Assembly: GCA_041178085.1 (NCBI GenBank)
Contig: JBEGVZ010000104.1
Coordinates: forward strand, 3,719 to 67,718
DNA: 64,000 bases
Source: Pseudomonadota bacterium
GTDB taxonomy: Bacteria; Bdellovibrionota_B; Oligoflexia; Oligoflexales; RGVZ01
Direction of reading: 5' to 3'
Position 1 is the stretch's first letter; each line of letters starts with the position of its first letter. Shown in pieces: positions 10,203 to 18,600 of the stretch. The position numbers were made by a program, and so were the translations under genes. The notes under the pieces are model-generated. The model saw nothing but the letters and a program-made list of their open reading frames with translations. It ran no database searches and was not told where the DNA came from.

Positions 10203-10628
10203 ATGCTCAAGAGAGAAGCCATCGCAGTCTGGAAGGGAACTGGCAAAGACGGCAAGGGAGTCCTGACAACCCCAAGCGGAACGCTGAACAACACGCCATA
10301 CTCATTCCACACCCGCTTTGAGAACGGAAAAGGGACAAACCCAGAGGAATTGATCGCTGCAGCTCACGCCGGCTGCTTTGACATGGCCCTCTCGTTCATG
10401 CTCACAGGGGCCGGGTTTCCTCCGGAAGAGCTGAAGACCACGGCGACCATCGTGATGACGCAGGAGGGCGTCCACTGGACGGTGACTGAAGCGAAACTGG
10501 ACCTTCATGCCAAGGTGCCACAGATCACCAACGAAAAATTCCAGGAAATTGCCCACCAGGCAAAATCTGGATGTCCTGTTTCCAAGCTTTTCACAGCGAA
10601 GGTTACCCTGGACGCCCGGCTGGTGTAG
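10203..10628 (+). CDS. osmC: OsmC family peroxiredoxin
   Basis: GTNPEELIAAAHAGCF and CPVSK motifs; AAGGAG RBS. Confidence 0.93.
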   Translation: MLKREAIAVWKGTGKDGKGVLTTPSGTLNNTPYSFHTRFENGKGTNPEELIAAAHAGCFDMALSFMLTGAGFPPEELKTTATIVMTQEGVHWTVTEAKLDLHAKVPQITNEKFQEIAHQAKSGCPVSKLFTAKVTLDARLV

Positions 10629-10656
10629 TGCAGATGATCATGAACGGATTGATCGA

Positions 10657-11922
10657 TTAATCAAAGAAACCACGCAGGAAGACGTTTTCGCGCAAGACAG
10701 TCTGGTATGAACCAGCGTCTTCCTCTGGTTTCAACTTGATGACCCGTCCCCGCGCATCGTTGGCCTGAATGAAAACATCTCCCGAAGATACGTCTACCGC
10801 TAGCGCACCGATGTCATCCACGGTCGGGGTCTCATCAAAAGATTTCTCGAACTTTGTCCCGTCAGCGAGCAGGCCAGAAACCTTGAGCGACAAGGCAATC
10901 CCAAAAAAAGACACATCGCACAACGACAGATAAAGATTGGCTCCAGCAAAACCGGGGCCGGCATCCAACAACTTGACGCCATCCAAGATACCGGTGCAGT
11001 CAAGGCCCGGAACGACTCCACTGTTGCCTGCCAAAGCAACGCTCGCATTCGACACGGAAAAAAGGCGCGCGCCGTCCGAACCCCCAAAAACCACTGCCAG
11101 GCTGGATGAATCAGGCGCAAAAATCCCGGAAACATCCTCTTGATCCGGAATGCTTGAATCCAGCCATGCCGCTGGCGGTTTGCAAGCACCGTCTGAAAAC
11201 GGCAAGAAACTTTTCAGCAATCCGGACTTTCCGCCGACAAAAATGCGTGACGACCCAGCATGCAAAAAAACTTTTTTCACCGCAAAAGACAAATCACTGG
11301 ACTGGAAACACTCGAGCGCCGTCGACGCCATGTTCGCAGAGGCATTGCTGGCGGAATAAAGAGCATAACTGCCGGTTTGAGTTCCCATCACAAGCACGAG
11401 CAGGCCATCCTGCGAAACAAACACGGATTTCTTTTTCTCAGAAAAAGCGGATGGCAGGGAGAACGTCTCGTCCTGCCATGTGGACTGACCCAGATAACGG
11501 ATCACTTTGACGGAGTCCGCGCCCGCACTGACAAAGGCCATGGCGGCTGCATCCGCGGCAGAAGCCCAGTTTTGGGTCGTCCGTTGATCCGGAATACTGA
11601 ATTCACGGGCAGCGCCACTGGCGTCTGTCACTGTCAAGGTTGCAGGGCGAACGATGGCAACGGCGTCCAGGTTGGGCATGGCCTGGACCGAAATAATGTC
11701 GCCACTGGCACCGAGGTGAGCCGTCTCTGAAAGATCAACCGCATCAAACCACGAGATTCGCTGCGCGGCTTCACTGAAACCGAGAAAAAAACTTTGCTTC
11801 TGGACCAGGGTTTTGCGGACCACGATCTTTGCAATTGGCTGGTTTCCGGTCGGCGAAATAGCACCAGATGAACATGCCGTGACCAGAGAAAAAGCGATAA
11901 GAATCAGCGCAGCATGGTTCAC
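10657..11922 (-). CDS. Hypothetical lipoprotein B, beta-rich (propeller-like)
   Basis: Lipobox SLVTAC; 421 aa; 4-bp overlap with the upstream caspase gene. Confidence 0.7.
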   Translation of the reverse strand: MNHAALILIAFSLVTACSSGAISPTGNQPIAKIVVRKTLVQKQSFFLGFSEAAQRISWFDAVDLSETAHLGASGDIISVQAMPNLDAVAIVRPATLTVTDASGAAREFSIPDQRTTQNWASAADAAAMAFVSAGADSVKVIRYLGQSTWQDETFSLPSAFSEKKKSVFVSQDGLLVLVMGTQTGSYALYSASNASANMASTALECFQSSDLSFAVKKVFLHAGSSRIFVGGKSGLLKSFLPFSDGACKPPAAWLDSSIPDQEDVSGIFAPDSSSLAVVFGGSDGARLFSVSNASVALAGNSGVVPGLDCTGILDGVKLLDAGPGFAGANLYLSLCDVSFFGIALSLKVSGLLADGTKFEKSFDETPTVDDIGALAVDVSSGDVFIQANDARGRVIKLKPEEDAGSYQTVLRENVFLRGFFD

Positions 11923-13598
11923 TTCAACCTCCTGGCACGCGCACCAAATCGCGCCTCGATGCCAACATAAAGAGCCGCGTTGTCCATACGGACATCGCCA
12001 AATTCACCGTAAGAAAAACTGGTCCGTTCGTAGCGCAAGCCGGCAAGCAAATTGATATCCTCGTCAGCTCTGAGCTTTTGTCCGGCTGATGCATCCAGTC
12101 CAGTCAATAACGAATTACCCTTCAGTGAGGCAGCTGATCCACTCCTGCGATCCTTGAGCGCGACAGAGAGGTCAGCCGAACCGATGGATAAGGAGCCCGT
12201 CACGAAACGACCATCCAGTCTGACCAAGCGCAACCCGCCCTCGACTTTCATCCCCTTCAAGCTGGATTCGGTCCTGATCCCCGCGGCTTCGCCCATTTTT
12301 GAGACCATCGCGGACTGGAAACCGCCGATCCCGAAATAGACGGGCCAAGCTGTCTGCAGGCCAGACCATGTCCCCCGCAATGTCGTGATATTCATTCCGC
12401 TGGCGGGGACGATCTTGCGCGCACCGCTGTCCTGCACCCATGCACGGGACAAGTCCAGGCTGGCAGCCCAAGGCGCTGGCTTGACAACCTCATCAAGCGC
12501 TACGGTTTCACCTTCCCGTGCACGAACAGAAAAAATCGCGACTGGTTTTTCTCCCTCGGGAGGATAAACCTCGACGATGTTTGTCCCCTCCTTCATCACA
12601 AAACCAGATGGAATGGTTCCTTTCTCGCCCCCACGCACCTGTACGGCGTATCCCTGAAGGGAATTTTCGTATGCGGTCAACACCGGCAAGCCACCTTGCT
12701 GCCGCTGTCCGGAGAGGGGAAAGTCAAACTTGCCCACTGCCTTGCCTTCCAAAGTCGGGCGTTGGGCGCCACGGGTCATCGCCCAGGTCTTTTGTCGCGC
12801 GTAGTCGTGAGCCTCGAGAGCCGTCACCTGACCATTGGCATCGCGGTCGCCCGCCTTCAAGGATTCAAGAAAAAAGTGCGTGTAAATATCGCCCTTCAAA
12901 GACACTTCCTCACGCGCAGTCTCGCCGCGTGCTGCCGCTGCAAAAATCAAGAAACCCTCTGATGAGGCCTCGTCCATGTCAAAGGCGCTGGCGGCGACGC
13001 GGCCCTTGTTTCCGGCCATCAACTCCTGGGCTACAGGACTCAACCTGGATTTACCAACTCCAGAGTGGCAGGTCGCAAGGATCAGGAGTTTCCTGCGCGC
13101 CGGGATCCGGTCAAGCATGCGACGCAGTTCATTATGAGAGATCCCGGTCGACAAAGACTTGTCGGACGAGGTGTCATGCATCACCAGAACTTGTGCAAGA
13201 TCGCCACCCTGCCCGCCCGGGGCAAGGGTCCCATGACCAGAAAAATAGACAATCAACCGGTCCGACGGATTTACCCGCTCACGCAACCGCTCGAAAATGT
13301 CACGCACGGCCTTGGCCGATGCCGACTGATTTTCCAGCACCAGTGTCTCGGCCGGAATGTCCGAGCCTCGGGCGATTGAGGCAGCAAAATTGCGGGCATC
13401 CAGCGCCGCAAATTTCAGCGTCGGCCAGAAGCCGTCACGATATCGATCGACACCCACTGACACGATGATTGTCCGTGCTGACTTGGCCTTAGCTTCCGTC
13501 TGCGGCCCCGGAGCCCCAATGGCTCGCGTTGCCAGGACAAAACACAGGCTGCCTGCGAGCAGGAATGCGGACACCGGCATTTTCAGGATTGCCATCAT
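11919..13598 (-). CDS. Exported caspase-family (peptidase C14) protein with beta-barrel-like C-terminus
   Basis: Signal peptide; VGVDRY, LKFAALDA, YFSGHG (His) and LATCHSG (Cys) dyad, YTHFFLESL, QRP; amphipathic strands in the last ~190 aa. Confidence 0.85.
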   Translation of the reverse strand: MMAILKMPVSAFLLAGSLCFVLATRAIGAPGPQTEAKAKSARTIIVSVGVDRYRDGFWPTLKFAALDARNFAASIARGSDIPAETLVLENQSASAKAVRDIFERLRERVNPSDRLIVYFSGHGTLAPGGQGGDLAQVLVMHDTSSDKSLSTGISHNELRRMLDRIPARRKLLILATCHSGVGKSRLSPVAQELMAGNKGRVAASAFDMDEASSEGFLIFAAAARGETAREEVSLKGDIYTHFFLESLKAGDRDANGQVTALEAHDYARQKTWAMTRGAQRPTLEGKAVGKFDFPLSGQRQQGGLPVLTAYENSLQGYAVQVRGGEKGTIPSGFVMKEGTNIVEVYPPEGEKPVAIFSVRAREGETVALDEVVKPAPWAASLDLSRAWVQDSGARKIVPASGMNITTLRGTWSGLQTAWPVYFGIGGFQSAMVSKMGEAAGIRTESSLKGMKVEGGLRLVRLDGRFVTGSLSIGSADLSVALKDRRSGSAASLKGNSLLTGLDASAGQKLRADEDINLLAGLRYERTSFSYGEFGDVRMDNAALYVGIEARFGARARRLK

Positions 13599-13607
13599 GT
13601 GTTGTGC

Positions 13608-14372
13608 CTACTTCTTGTCTCCGTCACTTTGGGGAATTCCGCCGACCTTGACGGTCTGACACTCCATCATCGCCGGCAAATTGCCACCTGGTTCGCGCAG
13701 GGGTGGAATCAACAGGGCAAGATTTTGTCGCGAAGTTGATCCCACCGCACAGAACCTGATCTTTCCAGTGTTTGCTGGCAGAGCCAGCTTCCAGATTTCC
13801 CCGGTCGGGTCGCGGTCGGGAACGAGCAACGCACCCTCCTGCCCCGGCAACAGATAACCTGCCGAAATCACCTGGTGGGACTCACTCTCCCGCTGGAATG
13901 TGACCAGCGCATATTTGCCTTCGGCCCCGCGCACCATGAGGGCCACAAGAGTCCCCGGACGGACTTCAGCCTCTGTATCAATTGCCAGAAAACGGTTACC
14001 AACTTTCACTTCCATGACCTCAAGGGATACTGGAAGGATGTCTCCCGCGCCCTTGAACCCGCCACCAGGAAGAACTGTGTCCGAATCCGTCATGACACCT
14101 GAACCACCTGGTAAATAAACATACAGTGCAATTGCAGCCGCAAGAGGCAGCACAACGGCAAGGGGCCACCAACTACGGCGACCGGCGCTGATTTGCGATT
14201 CAATCCGCTGCCAAACACGGCGACGGGTCAAGTCGTCCACTGCCGGGGAACCCGCTGCGCGGAATCCAGCCTCCGCTGCACGTATGAAGGCCTCATCATC
14301 GAGCAGCCGACCTTGGTCCTTCAACTCATCTGGAGGTGTCTTATTTTCGTCGTTTTTACCCATTGGCTTCAC
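13608..14372 (-). CDS. Putative membrane-anchored anti-sigma factor
   Basis: Short cytoplasmic N-terminus (RRVWQRI), single TM helix (WWPLAVVLPLAAAIALYV), FKG then beta-rich extracytoplasmic domain; overlaps ECF gene stop. Confidence 0.7.
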   Translation of the reverse strand: MKPMGKNDENKTPPDELKDQGRLLDDEAFIRAAEAGFRAAGSPAVDDLTRRRVWQRIESQISAGRRSWWPLAVVLPLAAAIALYVYLPGGSGVMTDSDTVLPGGGFKGAGDILPVSLEVMEVKVGNRFLAIDTEAEVRPGTLVALMVRGAEGKYALVTFQRESESHQVISAGYLLPGQEGALLVPDRDPTGEIWKLALPANTGKIRFCAVGSTSRQNLALLIPPLREPGGNLPAMMECQTVKVGGIPQSDGDKK

Positions 14373-14971
14373 CCATTGCCATCTTCTCTGGTTCCACCCC
14401 GCGCAAGAATCCTTGCGCGCAGCCTTTCACGCAGGCGCGTCAAACGCGAAGTCACAGTTCCGACGCTTTCGCCGCGGCGCCTTGCAATTTCCGCCACGGG
14501 CAGCCCCTGACGGTAAAAAAGAGCCAGAGTATCTCCCCCTGGTTCACTGGCAACCTCGTCCATCAGGTGTCCAACCAGTGCGAGTTCCGCCTCCCGCTCC
14601 GCCATCTGGACAGGATCGTCACTGCCGCCAGCATTAAAGCCCGGTGCTTGACCTTCTGCCGCCATCTCAACCAGATCTGCCGGCTCAACCGGGATTTGCC
14701 GGTGGCTGCGGCGGATCGCGTCAATGCATGCATTCCGCGTTGTGACTGCAAGCCAGCCACGCAAGGACTTTGAGTCCTTGATCGTGCCCGCGCCATTTGC
14801 CAGTTTGATGAACACTTCCTGCACAACATCCTCCCGCGACTCACGATTCGCCAGGTACTTTCCGGCGATGAAGAAAACGAAATCCGCGTGACTTTCCCAC
14901 GCACGTTTCAGCGCGGCGTGGTTGCCGCGCTGAATCTCCACCAGGTCGTCTTCTTCAAGTTTGCTGTGCAT
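14369..14971 (-). CDS. ECF (group 4) RNA polymerase sigma factor
   Basis: Region 2 (EDVVQEVFIK, WLAVTTRNACIDAIRR) and region 4 HTH (AEIA...GTVTSRLTR); start 14971-14989. Confidence 0.92.
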   Translation of the reverse strand: MHSKLEEDDLVEIQRGNHAALKRAWESHADFVFFIAGKYLANRESREDVVQEVFIKLANGAGTIKDSKSLRGWLAVTTRNACIDAIRRSHRQIPVEPADLVEMAAEGQAPGFNAGGSDDPVQMAEREAELALVGHLMDEVASEPGGDTLALFYRQGLPVAEIARRRGESVGTVTSRLTRLRERLRARILARGGTREDGNG

Positions 14972-15010
14972 TAACCCGGAATATAGCACAGCACGGACCC
15001 TGGATCATTT

Positions 15011-16306
15011 CTAAAACTTCGCCTGCAGCGCATCGTCCAGGTTGAACCATTCCATGTTGAGGACGTTCTCGGGCCGCTCAATTTCAATCCGGGACATCGC
15101 ACCAAAAATCGAGGGTTTAATGTCGAACACGTACTGCTCGGTGAGGGCGAATTTTCCTCCGAACTCCATCCTGGGCCGACCGGTCACCAGGCTGTCCTTA
15201 AGGCGAACCTGGTAAATCTGCTGCATTGAACCAGCATAGGCTGCCGCCACAAAGGTCAGTTTGTCCCCTGCCTCATTGACGAAAGACTGAGACGGCTTAG
15301 AGGAGATCGCCAACAGCTTATGGCTGGTGATCTTACCTGACGGACCGACCATGAAGAAGTGGACCAATCGGTTTGGCCCTTGTGAAACATAAGCCATGTG
15401 CGGCCAGCGCCCACGGTACTCACCAACGAAAACCAGCGAAGAATCCAGTGCAACCTGCTCGATCACAGCCATGGAATCCACGTCCACGATGGAGATCTTG
15501 TCTTTCTCCCGCACCAATACCCGTGATTTTTCCCCGCGCAGCGGCAAGGCCGACTCAAAGACCACACCTGCGGGAATGGTAACTGGCACCAGTTCAAGTT
15601 CTCCCTTGGCAATTGCCTGGGACATCGCGACCCGGTAAATTTTTTCGGCCGAACTGCGAACTAACAAAGTGTCTGTGCCGGGGATGACTATCGCCGAGCG
15701 GATTTGCTCGCTAGAATCCGGAATGACTGATCCAGCCAAAACATGGGCCAGGACTTGTCCATCTGGACTGATCTGCAACAACGCCAAGGAACCCAGGTCA
15801 TCGCTCAGCGCCAGGATGCCGTCGGGCTGTGACGATCCCGGCACAGCGGGAAGCTCAGTGTAGGCACGCTGCCCAATCTTGCCCTGGAGACGAACGGGAT
15901 TGCGATCGATTGAGCCGTCTTCCCGCACGATGAAGTATTCGTCGTCCGCAACCGCAATGACATACTTGCCACTGCTGCTGCCGATCACCCTTGCCCCATC
16001 CAGGCAACGACTGCGCGGAGAAGGCGAGTCACAAAATGGAACGGCGAACTGCCGTTCGATCTGGAATTTGGAAATCGACAGAGAATAGATCTTTCCCGTC
16101 GCATCATTTGCCAGCCACAGCCGGTCATTGTCGACGTTTGAGTTCATCGAAGAGGCAAAGTTGACGACGTCGTCCCCAAGGTCAATGGTCGATGAAGCAC
16201 CATTTCTGTCGTTTGAACATGCACCCTGAACAAGGGTCGTGATGATCGAAACAATCAACACCTTTGAAGCGGCAAGCCTCGTTTTTTTATTTTTTTGAGC
16301 TTTCAT
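15011..16306 (-). CDS. Hypothetical lipoprotein A, beta-rich (propeller-like)
   Basis: GGAGGA RBS before ATG 16306; lipobox LVQGAC; repeated short beta strands. Confidence 0.7.
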   Translation of the reverse strand: MKAQKNKKTRLAASKVLIVSIITTLVQGACSNDRNGASSTIDLGDDVVNFASSMNSNVDNDRLWLANDATGKIYSLSISKFQIERQFAVPFCDSPSPRSRCLDGARVIGSSSGKYVIAVADDEYFIVREDGSIDRNPVRLQGKIGQRAYTELPAVPGSSQPDGILALSDDLGSLALLQISPDGQVLAHVLAGSVIPDSSEQIRSAIVIPGTDTLLVRSSAEKIYRVAMSQAIAKGELELVPVTIPAGVVFESALPLRGEKSRVLVREKDKISIVDVDSMAVIEQVALDSSLVFVGEYRGRWPHMAYVSQGPNRLVHFFMVGPSGKITSHKLLAISSKPSQSFVNEAGDKLTFVAAAYAGSMQQIYQVRLKDSLVTGRPRMEFGGKFALTEQYVFDIKPSIFGAMSRIEIERPENVLNMEWFNLDDALQAKF

Positions 16307-16364
16307 TTTTTGTCCTCCTGATAAGTCGATTTTTAATCCCCGAATCACATTTCCGGCGCAGCCT

Positions 16365-17066
16365 TCAGAAGCGCAAGGTAAGTCCCGCCGACCATTCGGA
16401 CTGGAATCCTTTGTCTTCAAAATCAAGAATGTCGATCTTGACCGGCAAAATCCGCGCTGAGCCACCAAGGTCCCCGCTTAAGTGGTCACCAAGCGTGGCA
16501 ACCAGGGAAAATCCGGCAAAAGGACCGACTGTGGCGGACTCTTCCTTCTTTTCAAGATACCCGTCGCTCAGAGTGAAGGTGCGCCGCGCATGAGAAGCGC
16601 CAAGACGCAACACGAATGCACTTGTTTGCGGACGCAGAACCAAGCGGGTCGTCACAGCGGCAGTTGAAACGTCGGAGTAAAACCCCATTCGAAGGGGACC
16701 AGTGGACGGGCGTACGTTCATTGGCTGCTGCCCTGCGGAAGCGAGCATCAATCCAAGGCGTTTTCCGCTCACCTCAATGAAAAGGCCGCCCATGCTGTAC
16801 TGCTCTTTCAATGGGCTATTACGGAATTTTTGGCCGTGATACTGGCCCGTGCCCAAGTAGGCACCTACCGCCGCCTCGATATCCCCGGGCAGAAGTTTTG
16901 CAGAGCCACCCCGGTTTTCTGATACGGTCTCATTGTCTTCATCAGCGTCGCGCCTTGCACCGACAGCTGGGTTTGAAATTGAAACCAGCACTGCGGCCAT
17001 CATGAGCCTGAAAATCACGACAACCACGTTTGACCGGACATCTTTTTTGAAACATGCTTCGTTCAT
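16365..17066 (-). CDS. Small outer-membrane beta-barrel protein
   Basis: GGGAGGA RBS; signal peptide; C-terminal WSAGLTLRF with terminal Phe. Confidence 0.7.
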   Translation of the reverse strand: MNEACFKKDVRSNVVVVIFRLMMAAVLVSISNPAVGARRDADEDNETVSENRGGSAKLLPGDIEAAVGAYLGTGQYHGQKFRNSPLKEQYSMGGLFIEVSGKRLGLMLASAGQQPMNVRPSTGPLRMGFYSDVSTAAVTTRLVLRPQTSAFVLRLGASHARRTFTLSDGYLEKKEESATVGPFAGFSLVATLGDHLSGDLGGSARILPVKIDILDFEDKGFQSEWSAGLTLRF

Positions 17067-17124
17067 GGAAAGTCCTCCCACAAGAAAAGACGCAGGCAGG
17101 ACCGTTTTGCTGCACTGAAATCTA

Positions 17125-17142
17125 AGATATTTGTAAATATCT
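17125..17142. promoter_or_regulatory. Perfect palindrome AGATATTT-GT-AAATATCT, candidate operator
   Basis: 8-2-8 inverted repeat in the AT-rich divergent intergenic region. Confidence 0.5.
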
Positions 17143-17160
17143 GTTTTTAATGGGGTTTTT

Positions 17161-18363
17161 ATGGTGAAAGTGTTTAAAATCAGGCTGGCTGGGCTGCTGC
17201 TGGCAACCACAATCGTTTCTGCCTGCCAATCTTTCCGGCGCGGCATCATCAGCCTGATCCCTTTTGACCAGGCACAAGCAGCCTCCGGCGAAACTGGATC
17301 CTTTCTGCAACCAAAAGAGGCTCCTGCGAACCAGAAAGCTGCCCTGAGGTTACAGATGGTGGCCAAGGGCTTTAACAACATCACCGACGTTGAATTTTTA
17401 CCCGGAGAAAGCAAGCGCGCCGTGGTGCTGGAGAAAAGCGGCACCGCGTGGCTTGTTGACCTGGCTGAAAATCGCCGTGTCGAGCTGTTCAAAGTATCTG
17501 TCGCCACAACTTCGGAGCTCGGCTTGCTTGGCCTTGCTTTCCATCCCGGCTTTGAACAGAACGGCAAATTCTACGTGCACTTCAATCCGCGAAAGGACTT
17601 GTCGCGCGTCTCGGAATGGAACTGGAAAGCAACAAAAGGCGCAAAAAATCGGGAAGTTGAGGCAACGGAAGTCCGTGTGTTGCTGGAACTGGACCAACCC
17701 TATCAGAATCACAACGGCGGCAGCGTGGTCTTCGGACCCGATAAATTGCTGTACATCGGATTTGGGGACGGGGGCTGGCGAGGCGATCCCGAAAATCGGG
17801 CGCAGGATCCGACCACTTGGCTGGGCAAGATGTTGACGATCGATCCTGACAAACCCGGGGCAAAACCCGTGATTTTCGCCAGCGGACTGCGTAACCCGTG
17901 GAAGTTCAGCTTTGATGCGCGCGGTCGCCTGGTGGCCGGCGATGTTGGTCAAGACAAGTGGGAAGAGATCACTTTTGTCGAACGCGGCGCCAATCTGGGA
18001 TGGCGCATATACGAGGCATCCCACTGCTACGATCCCGGGCGCGACTGCGCAAAGAAATTACCGAACGCCCTCGGCCCCATCGCGGAGTACGATCATTCGC
18101 AGGGCGCGAGCGTCACGGGCGGGTATGAATTCGGCGGCAAGGACGTCGACGCCATCCGAGGACGGTACGTCTTCGGGGATTTTGTGTCAGGGCGGATTTG
18201 GAGCATTATCTTGCCTGACAAGACACCAGCCACCCCCGTTGGGATCAAAGATTTCCGGTTTCATGGCAAATGGGAAATCCTGATATCGACTTTTGCGCGC
18301 GATGCCGATGGCCAGCTTTACGTCGCGGACTACAGCGGTGGTGCCATCTATCGATTGCGCTGA
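17161..18363 (+). CDS. PQQ-dependent sugar (glucose/sorbosone) dehydrogenase family
   Basis: ELGLLGLAFHP, NHNGG, GDGG, GLRNPWKFSFD, GDVGQ, WEEI. Confidence 0.92.
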   Translation: MVKVFKIRLAGLLLATTIVSACQSFRRGIISLIPFDQAQAASGETGSFLQPKEAPANQKAALRLQMVAKGFNNITDVEFLPGESKRAVVLEKSGTAWLVDLAENRRVELFKVSVATTSELGLLGLAFHPGFEQNGKFYVHFNPRKDLSRVSEWNWKATKGAKNREVEATEVRVLLELDQPYQNHNGGSVVFGPDKLLYIGFGDGGWRGDPENRAQDPTTWLGKMLTIDPDKPGAKPVIFASGLRNPWKFSFDARGRLVAGDVGQDKWEEITFVERGANLGWRIYEASHCYDPGRDCAKKLPNALGPIAEYDHSQGASVTGGYEFGGKDVDAIRGRYVFGDFVSGRIWSIILPDKTPATPVGIKDFRFHGKWEILISTFARDADGQLYVADYSGGAIYRLR

Positions 18364-18380
18364 AACCCGCAGAAACGAAA

Positions 18381-18412
18381 AAACCCGGAGCCAAACGGCT
18401 CCGGGTTTCTTT
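18381..18412. terminator. Bidirectional intrinsic terminator
   Basis: AAACCCGGAGCC-AAAC-GGCTCCGGGTTT with A/T tails, between convergent genes. Confidence 0.85.
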
Positions 18413-18420
18413 CGTTAAAG

Positions 18421-18497
<77 letters not shown>

Positions 18498-18508
18498 ACG
18501 TTCGAAAA

Positions 18509-18538
18509 GGTATAAAGGTCCATCGTCCTGACTGTCAA
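18509..18538 (-). promoter_or_regulatory. Sigma-70 promoter of tRNA-Asp
   Basis: TTGACA-N18-TATACC just upstream of the tRNA. Confidence 0.6.
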
Positions 18539-18600
18539 TTGATAATTACCCGACACGGGAAAAAGCCCCCAGTCACAGGGTCCGTAGTCCAGCCCAGAAG

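Noticed and set aside
16365-17567. 400-aa ORF as listed in the track
   Set aside because: The 5' half is antisense to the PQQ dehydrogenase; the RBS and signal peptide support a start at 17066.
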